Shown: positions 9,977-19,882 of the stretch, piece by piece
Numbering within the stretch: the stretch's first letter is position 1
Layout: every line of letters starts with the position of its first letter
Source of the DNA: a virus
Taxonomy: Duplodnaviria; Caudoviricetes
Virus record (IMG/VR): IMGVR_UViG_3300028903_000004
Location: 59,437 to 123,436 of that record
Reading direction: 5' to 3' (one strand)
DNA length: 64,000 nucleotides
Notes under the pieces: model-generated
Database searches by the model: none
Seen by the model: the letters and a program-made list of their open reading frames with translations, nothing else
What the model was told of the DNA's origin: nothing
Position numbers and translations under genes: made by a program

Positions 9977-10750
9977 ATGCAAAATTTCGGTAAAATAAAA
10001 AATGCTTTCAATGAAGTTCTAATTGAAGGAATTTTAAAAAAGTCTGATAAAAATAAAAAAATTTTTCAGTCTTATATTAAGGCATTAAAAGAAGATAAAA
10101 TTTTAAAGACTCAATATTTAGTTTATAAAAATTTAGAATCTAAAGTTGAGCCAGATTTAAATATGGCGATAGATTATGTAAATGAAAACATTTCCTTACT
10201 AAAAAGTTTTTCTCCGAAACAAATTATTGAAGCTAATAAAAAATTAGTTAAGCTATTAGGTGAATTTAAAAAAATGTTAGATGAAAAATATGATGAAAAA
10301 TTAGAAAAACTTCATGAAAATATTTCATATTTAGTTACACATAAAAATACTAACATTAATGCTACATTTAATCGTAAAAAACAAATTGCAGAATATATTA
10401 TCATACCAAAATCAAAAGAACCGATTTCTGAAAACATAGTACCTACTAAAGTCTTATGTGATATAGCTATTAGAAGATTTAATGAAAAATATTCTGACCT
10501 AACTGAAAATGAAAAATCTTTAGTTAAGGTTATTATTGAATCGGATAGTGAAAATCAAACAATTTTTTTTAAGAATATTAAAAATACGTGTATTAAATTA
10601 ATTGACGAAAATCTTAAAAATGCAGATATAGAAACTAAAGAAAAATTGTTAACTGTTAAAGATAAATTATTAAATTTGGAATTTAACCAAGAAACATTTT
10701 CGGAAAGTGCTATAAAATTAATAAATTTAGCTAATGATTTGAGTGAATAG
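9977..10750 (+). CDS. Hypothetical protein, probable prohead core component
   Basis: Helical 257-aa ORF between portal and protease; late promoter at 9953. Confidence 0.6.
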   Translation: MQNFGKIKNAFNEVLIEGILKKSDKNKKIFQSYIKALKEDKILKTQYLVYKNLESKVEPDLNMAIDYVNENISLLKSFSPKQIIEANKKLVKLLGEFKKMLDEKYDEKLEKLHENISYLVTHKNTNINATFNRKKQIAEYIIIPKSKEPISENIVPTKVLCDIAIRRFNEKYSDLTENEKSLVKVIIESDSENQTIFFKNIKNTCIKLIDENLKNADIETKEKLLTVKDKLLNLEFNQETFSESAIKLINLANDLSE

Positions 10751-11123
10751 AGTTATGATGGAACAAGCAAACTGGGAACTAATTGTTCATAGGCTAGATA
10801 CAATAGCTAAAAATCAGGAAGTCACTACTGATAAATTGAATAATATTGAGGAAAAACTTACAAAATTTGAAAGTATTAAAGATTCAGTTAATGACCTTAA
10901 AAGTTGGAAAAGTTCATTACAACAAGTCATATCAACGAATGAATTAAAAGAATTAAGGTATTGGAAACTGAAAATGGATGAGATTACATCACCGAAATTA
11001 TTAGATGAAACACTAAAAGATATCGATAAACTCAAAACATTTAGGACCCAAGCTTTAATGATATGGGTGGTTGTTCAAGCTATAATGGTTGTATTAATTT
11101 TTTTAAAAGATATTTTATCTTAA
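10743..11123 (+). CDS. Coiled-coil protein with C-terminal transmembrane helix (holin-like membrane protein)
   Basis: ALMIWVVVQAIMVVLIFL hydrophobic C-terminus. Confidence 0.5.
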   Translation: MNRVMMEQANWELIVHRLDTIAKNQEVTTDKLNNIEEKLTKFESIKDSVNDLKSWKSSLQQVISTNELKELRYWKLKMDEITSPKLLDETLKDIDKLKTFRTQALMIWVVVQAIMVVLIFLKDILS

Positions 11124-11144
11124 GATTTTTATAAAAACATCCTA

Positions 11145-11172
11145 TTGACAAATCCTGATTTCATATTATATT
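11145..11172 (+). promoter_or_regulatory. TTGACA-N16-TATATT promoter nested in an inverted repeat
   Basis: TTGACA 11145-11150, TATATT 11167-11172; flanking arms AAATCCTGAT/ATCAGGATTT. Confidence 0.55.
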
Positions 11173-11193
11173 TATGATATCAGGATTTTTTAT

Positions 11194-11628
11194 ATGAAAC
11201 GTGGTAAAGAATTTAAAGTAGATGTAATTCCGAATTTAAATGTTGTATTTGGTACAACGGACAATAAAAAGCCAAAATCAGTATACATTAATATATCTGG
11301 ATGGGCAGACCCTATAGTTGATGATAATTTTAATTACAACAGAATTATACAAAATATTCATAAACAAATTAAACAAAATATATATAATTATGGTAATCAT
11401 TCTATCTTTAATTTAAATAGAACTATTGTGGATTTTGATATGCGTCAATCTGGAATTATATTTGGAAAACGAAGTTATATGAATTGTGAAATTGTATTAT
11501 ATCAAAATAGTGAATATGCTCTAATGTCAGATGAATTAAATGAAGCTTTAATGAATATTTTAAATGTTGTAGTTAATAAAAATTTAAATGATAATAAGTA
11601 TTTTAAATTTCATAGAAAGAAAGAGTGA
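11194..11628 (+). CDS. Hypothetical protein
   Basis: 144-aa ORF with its own promoter and terminator. Confidence 0.65.
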   Translation: MKRGKEFKVDVIPNLNVVFGTTDNKKPKSVYINISGWADPIVDDNFNYNRIIQNIHKQIKQNIYNYGNHSIFNLNRTIVDFDMRQSGIIFGKRSYMNCEIVLYQNSEYALMSDELNEALMNILNVVVNKNLNDNKYFKFHRKKE

Positions 11629-11651
11629 TGATAAAATATTATAATAAATTT

Positions 11652-11682
11652 AACCCCTAATCAATTTGGTTAGGGGTTTTTT
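11652..11682 (+). terminator. Rho-independent terminator
   Basis: AACCCCTAA...TTAGGGGTT plus T-run. Confidence 0.8.
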
Positions 11683-11717
11683 ATTTATATACATATATTT
11701 ATTATGAAAATGGTAAT

Positions 11718-13463
11718 ATGTATAGTGATGAGTTAAAAATATTAAAACCAGGTCAAACTGGGTTTGGAATTATGATTGAACAAGACGCAGGTTATATTTC
11801 TCCTAATGATATTAGGAATAAACCATTCTTAAATGAAATGCAAAAATTGGGTGAAGGTAAGGGTATAATGATTGAACCGTTAATAGTTTATGCAGTTCTA
11901 CAAAAATATGGTGTTGAAAATAGAAATGGGCGTATTTATCCAGAAGCTATTCTTAAGAGAGAAGTAGAAAAATATCAGCAATTAATTCGTGAAAAACGTG
12001 CAATAGGTGAATGCGTTCCAATTGGAACCGAAATATTTACTAAAAATGGCTGGAAACGAATTGAAGAAACAATTATTGGAGAAGAAATATTAACATTGAA
12101 TATTAATTCAGACCAATTAGAATTTCAAAAAATTACTAATACTACTAAAAAAATGTATAATGATGATATGATTCATATATACAATAATAGTAGTTTTGAT
12201 ATAATGGTTACTAAAAAACATAAAATTGTTTTATGGGATAGAAATAATAAACCATATATTTTAACAGGTGAAGAGTTATATAATAAATTAATAAATAATG
12301 ATTCAAAAATTAGTCATTCATATATTAAACATTCCGCCAATTGGATTGGAAAGGAACCTGAGTATTTTAACATTCCCAACTCAGATATAAAAATTAAAAC
12401 AGAACATTGGGCTGCATTTTTAGGAATATTTTTGAGCGAAGGACATTGTAGCGGAAGTAAAGGTGGTAAAAAAAAGAATTTAGTTTGTATTACGCAAAAA
12501 AAAGAAGAAACAAAAGAAAAAATTATTAATCTTCTTAATAAACTTCCTTTTAAATATTCTATATCTGGTAATAGGCAATTTAATATTTATGATGATAAAC
12601 TATATGAATATTTATTTGAGTTAGGAAATTCTCACGAAAAGCACATTCCAAGTTACGCTAAAGAATGGTCTAAAAATTTATTAAATATTTTACTTGATTG
12701 GTTATTAATTGGGGATGGTAAAAATAGGAAAAATAGGAAAAATAGTTTGTTAAAAGAATATTTCACAACATCAAATAAATTAGCTGAAGATGTTTTTGAG
12801 ATAATGTTAAAATTGGGGAATGGTGCTACGATGAATGTTATTTCTCCTGTTGACCGAGAAATTGAAGGGCGAATTATTTTAGGTGAAAATAGTAAACCAT
12901 TACATTTAATTCATGAAAGAACATCTAAAGGAATTTATATGGATACTAGATATATAAAAACAGAATTAGTACCTTTTAATGAAAATGTGTATTGTGTAAC
13001 TGTACCAAATGGTACCTGGTTAATGCGATATAATGGGAAAATATCTTGGACACATAATAGTGACCATCCAGAAACTTCAATTATATCTAACGATAGAATT
13101 TCACACAATATTTTAGAAACATGGTGGGAAGGTAAAACATTGTTAGGTAAATTAGAAATTATAATGTCTCCAGGTTTCATCAATCAAGGAATTATTTCTT
13201 GTCAAGGTGACCAAATTGCAAATCTTCTTAGAAAAGGAATCATGGTAGGTGTTTCATCTAGAGGTGTTGGTTCATTAGAAGAAGTTGCAGGTAAACATAT
13301 CGTACAAGATGATTTTGAATTAATTTGTTGGGATATTGTTACAAGTCCAAGTACACCAGGTTCATGGATTTTTAATAAAAAAGAAGATATGAGGGGATTT
13401 TCTGAAAGCAAAATAAATAAAAAGCCTATTTTAATTGATAAATTAAATAAATTTTTATCATGA
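11718..13463 (+). CDS. gp21: Prohead core protease (T4 gp21-like) interrupted by an intein
   Basis: NRNGRIYP, GE/SDHP (catalytic His), GVSSRGVGS (catalytic Ser), WDIVTSPS; 232 aa after splicing. Confidence 0.92.
   Translation: MYSDELKILKPGQTGFGIMIEQDAGYISPNDIRNKPFLNEMQKLGEGKGIMIEPLIVYAVLQKYGVENRNGRIYPEAILKREVEKYQQLIREKRAIGECVPIGTEIFTKNGWKRIEETIIGEEILTLNINSDQLEFQKITNTTKKMYNDDMIHIYNNSSFDIMVTKKHKIVLWDRNNKPYILTGEELYNKLINNDSKISHSYIKHSANWIGKEPEYFNIPNSDIKIKTEHWAAFLGIFLSEGHCSGSKGGKKKNLVCITQKKEETKEKIINLLNKLPFKYSISGNRQFNIYDDKLYEYLFELGNSHEKHIPSYAKEWSKNLLNILLDWLLIGDGKNRKNRKNSLLKEYFTTSNKLAEDVFEIMLKLGNGATMNVISPVDREIEGRIILGENSKPLHLIHERTSKGIYMDTRYIKTELVPFNENVYCVTVPNGTWLMRYNGKISWTHNSDHPETSIISNDRISHNILETWWEGKTLLGKLEIIMSPGFINQGIISCQGDQIANLLRKGIMVGVSSRGVGSLEEVAGKHIVQDDFELICWDIVTSPSTPGSWIFNKKEDMRGFSESKINKKPILIDKLNKFLS
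12012..13058 (+). mobile_element. Intein with LAGLIDADG homing endonuclease in prohead protease (349 aa)
   Basis: Starts CVPIGTEIFTKNGWK, ends VYCVTVPNG...WTHN followed by Ser; FLGIFLSEG and LDWLLIGDG motifs. Confidence 0.92.
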
Positions 13464-13618
13464 TACAATCCGCGTTTTTTTAGCATTTAAATAAGATTTA
13501 ATAAAAAAAATGTAAAAATAAGCTTAAAATGTAAAACATTTTTTATCAGATAATTAATTTTTTCATTTTAAGCATATATTTATTAACAAAGAATAATCTT
13601 TTATTGAACTATTTGACA

Positions 13619-14998
13619 ATGGCAGATAAAGAAAAAAAATCAATCGTGGAAGAAGCTTTACTTGATATTAATGTGATTCAAGAAGCTTTAAAGAAAAACA
13701 CAAAAGAAATACTTCGTTCTACAATGAAGGAAGAAATTGAAGAACTTATAAAAGAACATGTAATAAACGAACAGGGTTACGAAGAAGAAGACATTACGTC
13801 TAATGATGCTGATGATAATGACACTGAAAAAATTGAAACTGGAGAACTAGACAGTGAAGAAGAAATTGAAAAAGACAATCCTGCTACACTTCCAGTAAGT
13901 GATGATGAAGAAGAAACAGAAGCAGAAATGGATTATGATGAGTTAGATTTAACAGCAGCATCAGATGAAGAAGTAATTAAAGTTTTCAAAAAACTTTCAG
14001 CTGACGATGAAATCGAGGTAGTATCAGACAAAGAAGTTAACGTCAAAGACCCAGATAGCGGTAATGAATATATCGTTAAGGTTAATGATGGCAAAGTAAG
14101 AAGAGAAGACGATACTCTTGATGAACCAGAAATGGATACTGAAGATGATTTAGAAATTGAAATTGAAGATGAACCAGAAATGGATGATGAAGATGAACCA
14201 GAAACTGATATCGAAGATGAAAGCGTAGAACCTGTTTATGAAATTACATTGGATGAAGACATCGTAAGAGGTCAAGGCCATGATACAGAAGCTAAAGAAA
14301 CCACTACTCCTAATAAAGGTAAAATTGATGGTCAAAAAGCTCCTGTTGATTCCAAAACATCTGGTGATAATTTAAAAGGTGGATTTGATGAAGATAATCC
14401 AAATGACGGAAAAGATGGCCACGCTGAACATGTAATGGAAAGCGAAGAAGATGAAAATTCAGAAGATGAAGAAATTGAAGAAAATAAATCTCGTGCATTA
14501 GCTGATTTACATGCGAATCGTATTAGACCTGAAGGAAAGAAAGAGTATCATACCGCTCCTATCGGTAGAGCTGATGAATCTGTTTCCAAACAAAAGTTTA
14601 ACGAACTGTTAAATGTAGCTAAAAAACTTCAAACTGAAAACAAGGAAATCAAAAATGCCCTTAGTCAGTTTAAGAAAATGTTAGCTGAATCAGTAGTTTA
14701 CAATACTAACTTAACTTATATGGTTAAAATAATCACTGAACATTCAACCTCTAAGGAAGAAAAGAAGATGATTATGCAACGATTTGATGAAGTAAAAACA
14801 TTAAAAGAATCAAAAGCACTTTACAAAACCATAATTAGTGAGTTAGCTAATAAAAAATCGATTACTGAATCCATAGAAAATAAAATTGAAAAATCAAAAA
14901 CAAGCGGTGCAAGTAATCAGTTGACTGAAACAACAGCATATGTTGATGAATCAACAAAAAGAATAAAAGACTTAATAAAAAGAGTCGAAAATAGATAA
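13619..14998 (+). CDS. Prohead scaffolding/core protein (gp22-like)
   Basis: Very acidic, coiled-coil C-terminus, located between protease and capsid; likely ATG 13619. Confidence 0.75.
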   Translation: MADKEKKSIVEEALLDINVIQEALKKNTKEILRSTMKEEIEELIKEHVINEQGYEEEDITSNDADDNDTEKIETGELDSEEEIEKDNPATLPVSDDEEETEAEMDYDELDLTAASDEEVIKVFKKLSADDEIEVVSDKEVNVKDPDSGNEYIVKVNDGKVRREDDTLDEPEMDTEDDLEIEIEDEPEMDDEDEPETDIEDESVEPVYEITLDEDIVRGQGHDTEAKETTTPNKGKIDGQKAPVDSKTSGDNLKGGFDEDNPNDGKDGHAEHVMESEEDENSEDEEIEENKSRALADLHANRIRPEGKKEYHTAPIGRADESVSKQKFNELLNVAKKLQTENKEIKNALSQFKKMLAESVVYNTNLTYMVKIITEHSTSKEEKKMIMQRFDEVKTLKESKALYKTIISELANKKSITESIENKIEKSKTSGASNQLTETTAYVDESTKRIKDLIKRVENR

Positions 14999-15012
14999 TT
15001 AAATTGAAAATT

Positions 15013-16797
15013 ATGTCACACTTATTAACATCAGGACAAGTTGGTAATATTGGTATTAATCACCTTAAAGCTATTCGTCAACAAACCCAAGAAAGATGGG
15101 AAGCTTTAGGATTTCTTGACGGACTTAAAGGTCATATAAAAGAAAACATTGCTATGCTATATGAAAATCAAGCTAAAGCATTGTTAACTGAAACTACAGA
15201 CGCTGGTTCTAGCGGTTCATTTGAAACTGTAGTATTCCCTATCGTTCGTAGAGTTTTCTCAAAACTTTTAGCAAACGATATTGTATCAGTACAAGCATTG
15301 AACATGCCAATTGGTAAATTGTTCTATTTTGTACCTCAAACTTCTAATAGAATTGATAAAGCTACTGGACAAGCAGGAGACCCATGGCAAGATAACCCTC
15401 GTTACTCTGCTCATACAAGTATGGCTACAGACCATCTTCCATCATGTATCGGTACTACTGGCTGTACAGCAACAACTTTCAAAACTAGAAATCTTTATGA
15501 TTTATATTACAATGATGGTTTATTCGATAATTCAAAAGGTGAAATTACTATTGTTTACACTAGCGGTAACGAAGTAATCCCAGGTCGTATTCTTCCTAAT
15601 GGTAATTTCTCTGCAACTACTACATTTGTAGCAGCTACTGATGGAACCGTTAGAAATGTTATTTTACAAATTTCAGGTTTCTCAGAAGTAAATAAAGGTA
15701 GATTGACTGGTCCAGATGGAAATGAAATGGATACTGAAGCATTCTTAGCATCACTAAAAATTGTTAATAATTCAGGTTCTAATATTTCTGACCCAGATGG
15801 AAAAGTTATAATTGCTGCTAATGCTGAAATTCCTTTCAGATTAGTTACTCAAAAATATGGTAAAGGCATCGTTCAATATGGTGATATTTGTGATGCTGGT
15901 GGCAATCTTTATGTTGAACTTGACCTTACACACCCAGCCATTTCGTCAAGAGAAACTTACGATGGTTATATTGGTTGTTCAGGGTTCACTGCAAATAGTA
16001 TGACATTCCAAGCTTCTTGGGCTCGTTATGCATCTCTTGAACTTGAAACTGAACTTGGTGAAGTTTCTTTCAAACTTGATGAAGTTGTTGTTTCTGTTGA
16101 AGAAAGAAAATTACGTGCAACTTGGTCACCAGAATTAGCACAAGACGTTGCTGCATTCCATAACATTGATGCTGAAGCTGAACTTACAGCTATGTTATCA
16201 GAACAAATAGCATCTGAAATTGACCGTGAAATTCTTCGTGACCTTCGTAAAGCAGCTGCATGTCAATTCCGTTGGGATTATGCTGGTTGGAGAAAAGCAA
16301 GTAATGCTGCTAATCCTTATACTCAAAAAGAATGGAACCAAACTCTTATTACAAGAATTAACCAAATCTCAGCTCAAATTCATAAATCAACGCTTCGTGG
16401 CGGTGCTAACTTTATTGTAGTAAGTTCTGAAATCAGTGCAATATTCGATGACCTTGAATACTTCCACGCATCAGATGCTTCACCAGAACAAGACCAATAT
16501 AATATGGGTATTGAAAGAATCGGTTCATTAAGTGGACGTTATCAAGTATATCGTGACCCTTATGCACCTCCATACTCTATGATTATTGGACATAAAGGTA
16601 AATCATTACTTGACACTGGTTATATCTACGCACCATATGTACCTCTACAATTAACTCCAACAATGTACAATCCGTTTAACTTTGCTCCAGTTAAAGGTAT
16701 TATGACTCGTTATGCTAAAAAAGTCGTAAACAACCGCTTCTATGGACATATTAGAGTTGACGGAATCCCAACATTTAATATTAACGAATTACGTTAG
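15013..16797 (+). CDS. gp23: Major capsid protein (T4 gp23-like)
   Basis: RKLRATWSPELAQD, DAEAELTAMLSEQIASEIDREI, YAPYVPL, KGIMTRY; LLTE/T probable maturation site. Confidence 0.96.
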   Translation: MSHLLTSGQVGNIGINHLKAIRQQTQERWEALGFLDGLKGHIKENIAMLYENQAKALLTETTDAGSSGSFETVVFPIVRRVFSKLLANDIVSVQALNMPIGKLFYFVPQTSNRIDKATGQAGDPWQDNPRYSAHTSMATDHLPSCIGTTGCTATTFKTRNLYDLYYNDGLFDNSKGEITIVYTSGNEVIPGRILPNGNFSATTTFVAATDGTVRNVILQISGFSEVNKGRLTGPDGNEMDTEAFLASLKIVNNSGSNISDPDGKVIIAANAEIPFRLVTQKYGKGIVQYGDICDAGGNLYVELDLTHPAISSRETYDGYIGCSGFTANSMTFQASWARYASLELETELGEVSFKLDEVVVSVEERKLRATWSPELAQDVAAFHNIDAEAELTAMLSEQIASEIDREILRDLRKAAACQFRWDYAGWRKASNAANPYTQKEWNQTLITRINQISAQIHKSTLRGGANFIVVSSEISAIFDDLEYFHASDASPEQDQYNMGIERIGSLSGRYQVYRDPYAPPYSMIIGHKGKSLLDTGYIYAPYVPLQLTPTMYNPFNFAPVKGIMTRYAKKVVNNRFYGHIRVDGIPTFNINELR

Positions 16798-16818
16798 TAT
16801 TAATTCTAAATATATTAT

Positions 16819-16846
16819 AAAAAGGCTGTCGAAAGATAGCCTTTTT
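16819..16846 (+). terminator. Terminator after capsid gene
   Basis: AAAAAGGCTGTC-GAAA-GATAGCCTTTTT. Confidence 0.85.
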
Positions 16847-16869
16847 ATTTTAAATGAATATTTATAAGT

Positions 16870-17631
16870 ATGAAACAGTTTATTAAACAAAAATTATACG
16901 AAAGATTGGTTACTGAAAAATTAACCGATATTGATGATGATGTTGATTTAATTTATAACATGTATTTTAAAAACGACATCGAAGAAATTCAAAATACTGG
17001 AGTTGCAAGAACAACTATGTTTAAGTCTGATAAAACAAATACCAGTATTTTAAAATCTAAAGAATGTGTTGAAGCAGATTCTAAAAATAGATGTGAAATA
17101 TTAATTAATCATGGAATAAATTATTATAATCCTTTTAAAAAAATAATTAGTATTTCGATTAATAAAAATGCTTTAAATGTTATTTTCAATAATAATGGTA
17201 ATTTAATAGATGCAATTAATTATCTTCCAGATGAACAAAAAAAAATGTTTAAAACTGAGTTTACTGAAGAAAAAATTAAAGGTAGCATTCATCATGAATT
17301 AACACATTGGATTGACGACACAATGCATAATGAACATATTAAAAATAAAATTTCAAAAGCTAATGAATTTGGAAATTATAATCCAGATTCAGATTCAATG
17401 ATTACTTCAAAAATCGAAATACAAGGACAGATACATAACATTAAACAATTATATAATAAATATAAAGATATTTGGGATAAACTAACATTCAAAGAAATGA
17501 TTGAACTATCATCATCATTAACTAGTATTTACAATAAGTTAGATTACGATATGAAAAAACAATGGTTACGAGACATTAAAATTAGAATGGACCGAGAAGG
17601 ATTATTAGGGAAAAATATGGCAAATACATAA
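16870..17631 (+). CDS. HExxH zinc metallopeptidase-like protein with N-terminal leader
   Basis: IHHELTHWIDD and downstream EIQG; leader MKQFIKQKLYERLVTE. Confidence 0.6.
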   Translation: MKQFIKQKLYERLVTEKLTDIDDDVDLIYNMYFKNDIEEIQNTGVARTTMFKSDKTNTSILKSKECVEADSKNRCEILINHGINYYNPFKKIISISINKNALNVIFNNNGNLIDAINYLPDEQKKMFKTEFTEEKIKGSIHHELTHWIDDTMHNEHIKNKISKANEFGNYNPDSDSMITSKIEIQGQIHNIKQLYNKYKDIWDKLTFKEMIELSSSLTSIYNKLDYDMKKQWLRDIKIRMDREGLLGKNMANT

Positions 17632-17663
17632 AAAAAAACTCGATAAAAATCGAGTTTTTTTTT
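17630..17663. terminator. Bidirectional terminator between convergent genes
   Basis: A-run-CTCGAT-loop-ATCGAG-T-run. Confidence 0.85.
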
Positions 17664-17775
17664 ATGTTTATGCTATAAAACATAATATTATTCATTTTTA
17701 TAGGTTAAATGGTAACATTTATTCAACTAATGGTTAAGTGTAACAAATTGATTTATATTAAGTTTATTTAGCTTT

Positions 17776-18369
17776 TTATTTATTTTTTTTATTTAAATTA
17801 TCAAACAAATTTGAATGATTTTTTTGTTTGAAGATATTATACGGTGTAAATTTACCATCCTCAGAATAATTTTCCCAAAAAGATGAGATAAGTGAACTAC
17901 ACATAGTTACACCAATACAATTTTCATCTTCCTTTAGTTTTTTAAGTGTATCTGAAAATTCTCGTAAACCGCTGAAATCATATTCCTCAAAAAACTTTTT
18001 TAATAATTTTGAAGTCATATGTTTAATAAAATTTTCATAGGCTAAAATTACTTTACTAAAATCTTCTTTCATAATAATAACCCTATCGAAAGTTGAGGCG
18101 AAAACTATTCGATGGTCAAATAATACTTCTTCATTATGAATCATATCCCAAAACGGCTTCATATCACCAGTTATTTGTAAGTCAGAAAAATTCATAGGAT
18201 AGTCATCCGACATCCATTCTGGACGTTCAATCTCATTTATGAATAAATCATTATATAACTCATATATTATACTCCAAATAATCACATACATTCTATTAAT
18301 GTCATCAATTTCAGAGAATTTAATTACATACCCATCTTTATTGATTCTATAGATTATTGTCTTACTCAT
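17776..18369 (-). CDS. Hypothetical protein (host-type promoter)
   Basis: 197-aa ORF. Confidence 0.65.
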   Translation of the reverse strand: MSKTIIYRINKDGYVIKFSEIDDINRMYVIIWSIIYELYNDLFINEIERPEWMSDDYPMNFSDLQITGDMKPFWDMIHNEEVLFDHRIVFASTFDRVIIMKEDFSKVILAYENFIKHMTSKLLKKFFEEYDFSGLREFSDTLKKLKEDENCIGVTMCSSLISSFWENYSEDGKFTPYNIFKQKNHSNLFDNLNKKNK

Positions 18370-18390
18370 TTTAAAAAAATAATTTATTTA

Positions 18391-18422
18391 CAAATATAAT
18401 TAAAAAAAAGGGAAAAAACAAA
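18391..18422 (-). promoter_or_regulatory. Bacteroidetes-type -33/-7 promoter TTTG-N20-TATATTTG, overlapping the terminator hairpin 18402-18436
   Basis: Plus-strand CAAATATA 18391-18398 and CAAA 18419-18422. Confidence 0.65.
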
Positions 18423-18472
18423 TTTTTCCCTTTTTATTTTTTTTTTTGTATGATTAACATTTTTTTGATTAA

Positions 18473-19309
18473 TTAGGCTCTATTACCACAGTTAGAACAG
18501 TATTTATCTTTTTTGTGTAACTTGGAGCCACAAGCAGTACAATACCTTTTAATTTGAATATCATTAACGGTATTAATTTTCTGCGAAATAGGGAGAAGTT
18601 TTGCTGAAACTGTCCAGAATGGTAATATCCCCCAATTCTTATGAACAGTTTTCATTTCTTGGGCAGAATATGACCCTTCTTCTACACGACCTGTTTCAAT
18701 CTTTCTTTTAATTATTTTACTATAAGATGTTTTGTTCGTTGAAATGTCATTGTTGTAAAATCCTAAATTTGATGATGTTGATAGTATGGAATTATAAGCT
18801 GTGTTTGGTGAATTTATTGTAGTTGATATATTACTACACTCTCCATCAGTAGTAGATATAATAATTGGATGACCATCATAATTAAAAGGATTAGTATCTA
18901 ACGTAGTCACAAACCAAATATTTGCTGAATAACTTAGATTTGGAATAATAACTTGTTCACGATAAAATTCAACTTTTAAGTCGCCATTATCTTCAATAGC
19001 TTTACGAACTTCATCAGTATTAGATACCTCATAAGTTTCAAATTTAAATTTTTTTGGAACATCCAAATAACGGTCAAGAAATACACGTTCACCTGGTCTA
19101 AGTACTAAACCACCTTGTGAAATTTTATTACCATTTAAACTAATAACAGCTAATATATTGCTATTAGTTGGATTAAATAATTCTAATTGAAATTCTTGTC
19201 CTTTTTGGAGATAATAAGTTGGGGTTGAATTTTTCCCATAACATTTAATCCTACTTTTATTGATTGCGATGTTGGCAGTAGGCATACCATTTGAATTAGT
19301 TAAGTTCAT
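18473..19309 (-). CDS. Hypothetical protein with C-terminal zinc ribbon
   Basis: CTACG...CSNCG at C-terminus; beta-rich N-terminal domain. Confidence 0.7.
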   Translation of the reverse strand: MNLTNSNGMPTANIAINKSRIKCYGKNSTPTYYLQKGQEFQLELFNPTNSNILAVISLNGNKISQGGLVLRPGERVFLDRYLDVPKKFKFETYEVSNTDEVRKAIEDNGDLKVEFYREQVIIPNLSYSANIWFVTTLDTNPFNYDGHPIIISTTDGECSNISTTINSPNTAYNSILSTSSNLGFYNNDISTNKTSYSKIIKRKIETGRVEEGSYSAQEMKTVHKNWGILPFWTVSAKLLPISQKINTVNDIQIKRYCTACGSKLHKKDKYCSNCGNRA

Positions 19310-19337
19310 TTTAATTAACTTTTAATAAATTGTTATT

Positions 19338-19412
19338 ATTAACATGCTAATCTTTTTGTGACCGCAATCACTTAAAGCCCAAATTTGACTCAAGACTAAC
19401 ACTAATGTTAAT
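19338..19412 (-). ncRNA. Candidate structured 5' leader (three-way junction)
   Basis: Nested complementary segments between the promoters and the start codon of the zinc-ribbon gene (see findings). Confidence 0.4.
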
Positions 19413-19463
19413 CATACAATAATAAATATAATAAATTATAAAAAAATGTAAATAAAAACTTTA

Positions 19464-19880
19464 TTAGTTATTAATTTTAATTGGTTCTATTGAAATAACT
19501 TTAGTACCTTTACCTTTATTTTTTAAAGTAATTTCTTTTTCCATTGGGTATTCGATATTATTTTTTAATGTTTTTTTTATATCAATTAATTTTTTATCTG
19601 CTTTAACTGTTAAAATAACATAATATTTTCCTTTTCGAAAATTTCTAGTTTTTATTAAATTATTTTTATCCATTGAATAATGTGAACCTGGTTCAATTTT
19701 ATTAATATTTTTTATATCATCTGGAGAATCAAGTTCTAATATACAATAAAGTGTTATAATATTTGGTAATGAATTATAATCAAATGATGGTCCTTCATTA
19801 AAATCAATTAAATTAAAGTCATCATATTCATCGAAATTATTATAATATTCTCGCAATATTTTTTTAATTAATTCCTTCAT
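19464..19880 (-). CDS. ADP-ribosyltransferase-fold-like protein with N-terminal leader
   Basis: TLYC (R position), GSHYS, YPMEKEITL (ExE) in ART spacing; leader MKELIKKILRE. Confidence 0.45.
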   Translation of the reverse strand: MKELIKKILREYYNNFDEYDDFNLIDFNEGPSFDYNSLPNIITLYCILELDSPDDIKNINKIEPGSHYSMDKNNLIKTRNFRKGKYYVILTVKADKKLIDIKKTLKNNIEYPMEKEITLKNKGKGTKVISIEPIKINN

Positions 19881-19882
19881 AA

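Noticed and set aside
14119-14220. Short GATGAACCAGAAA repeats in the scaffold gene
   Set aside because: They encode low-complexity DEPE acidic repeats, ordinary for scaffolding proteins.
19338-19412. Hammerhead ribozyme or tRNA reading of the structured leader
   Set aside because: Lacks the CUGANGA/GAAA core and the tRNA T-loop and cloverleaf; kept only as an unknown structured RNA. No tRNA genes were recognised anywhere in the window.
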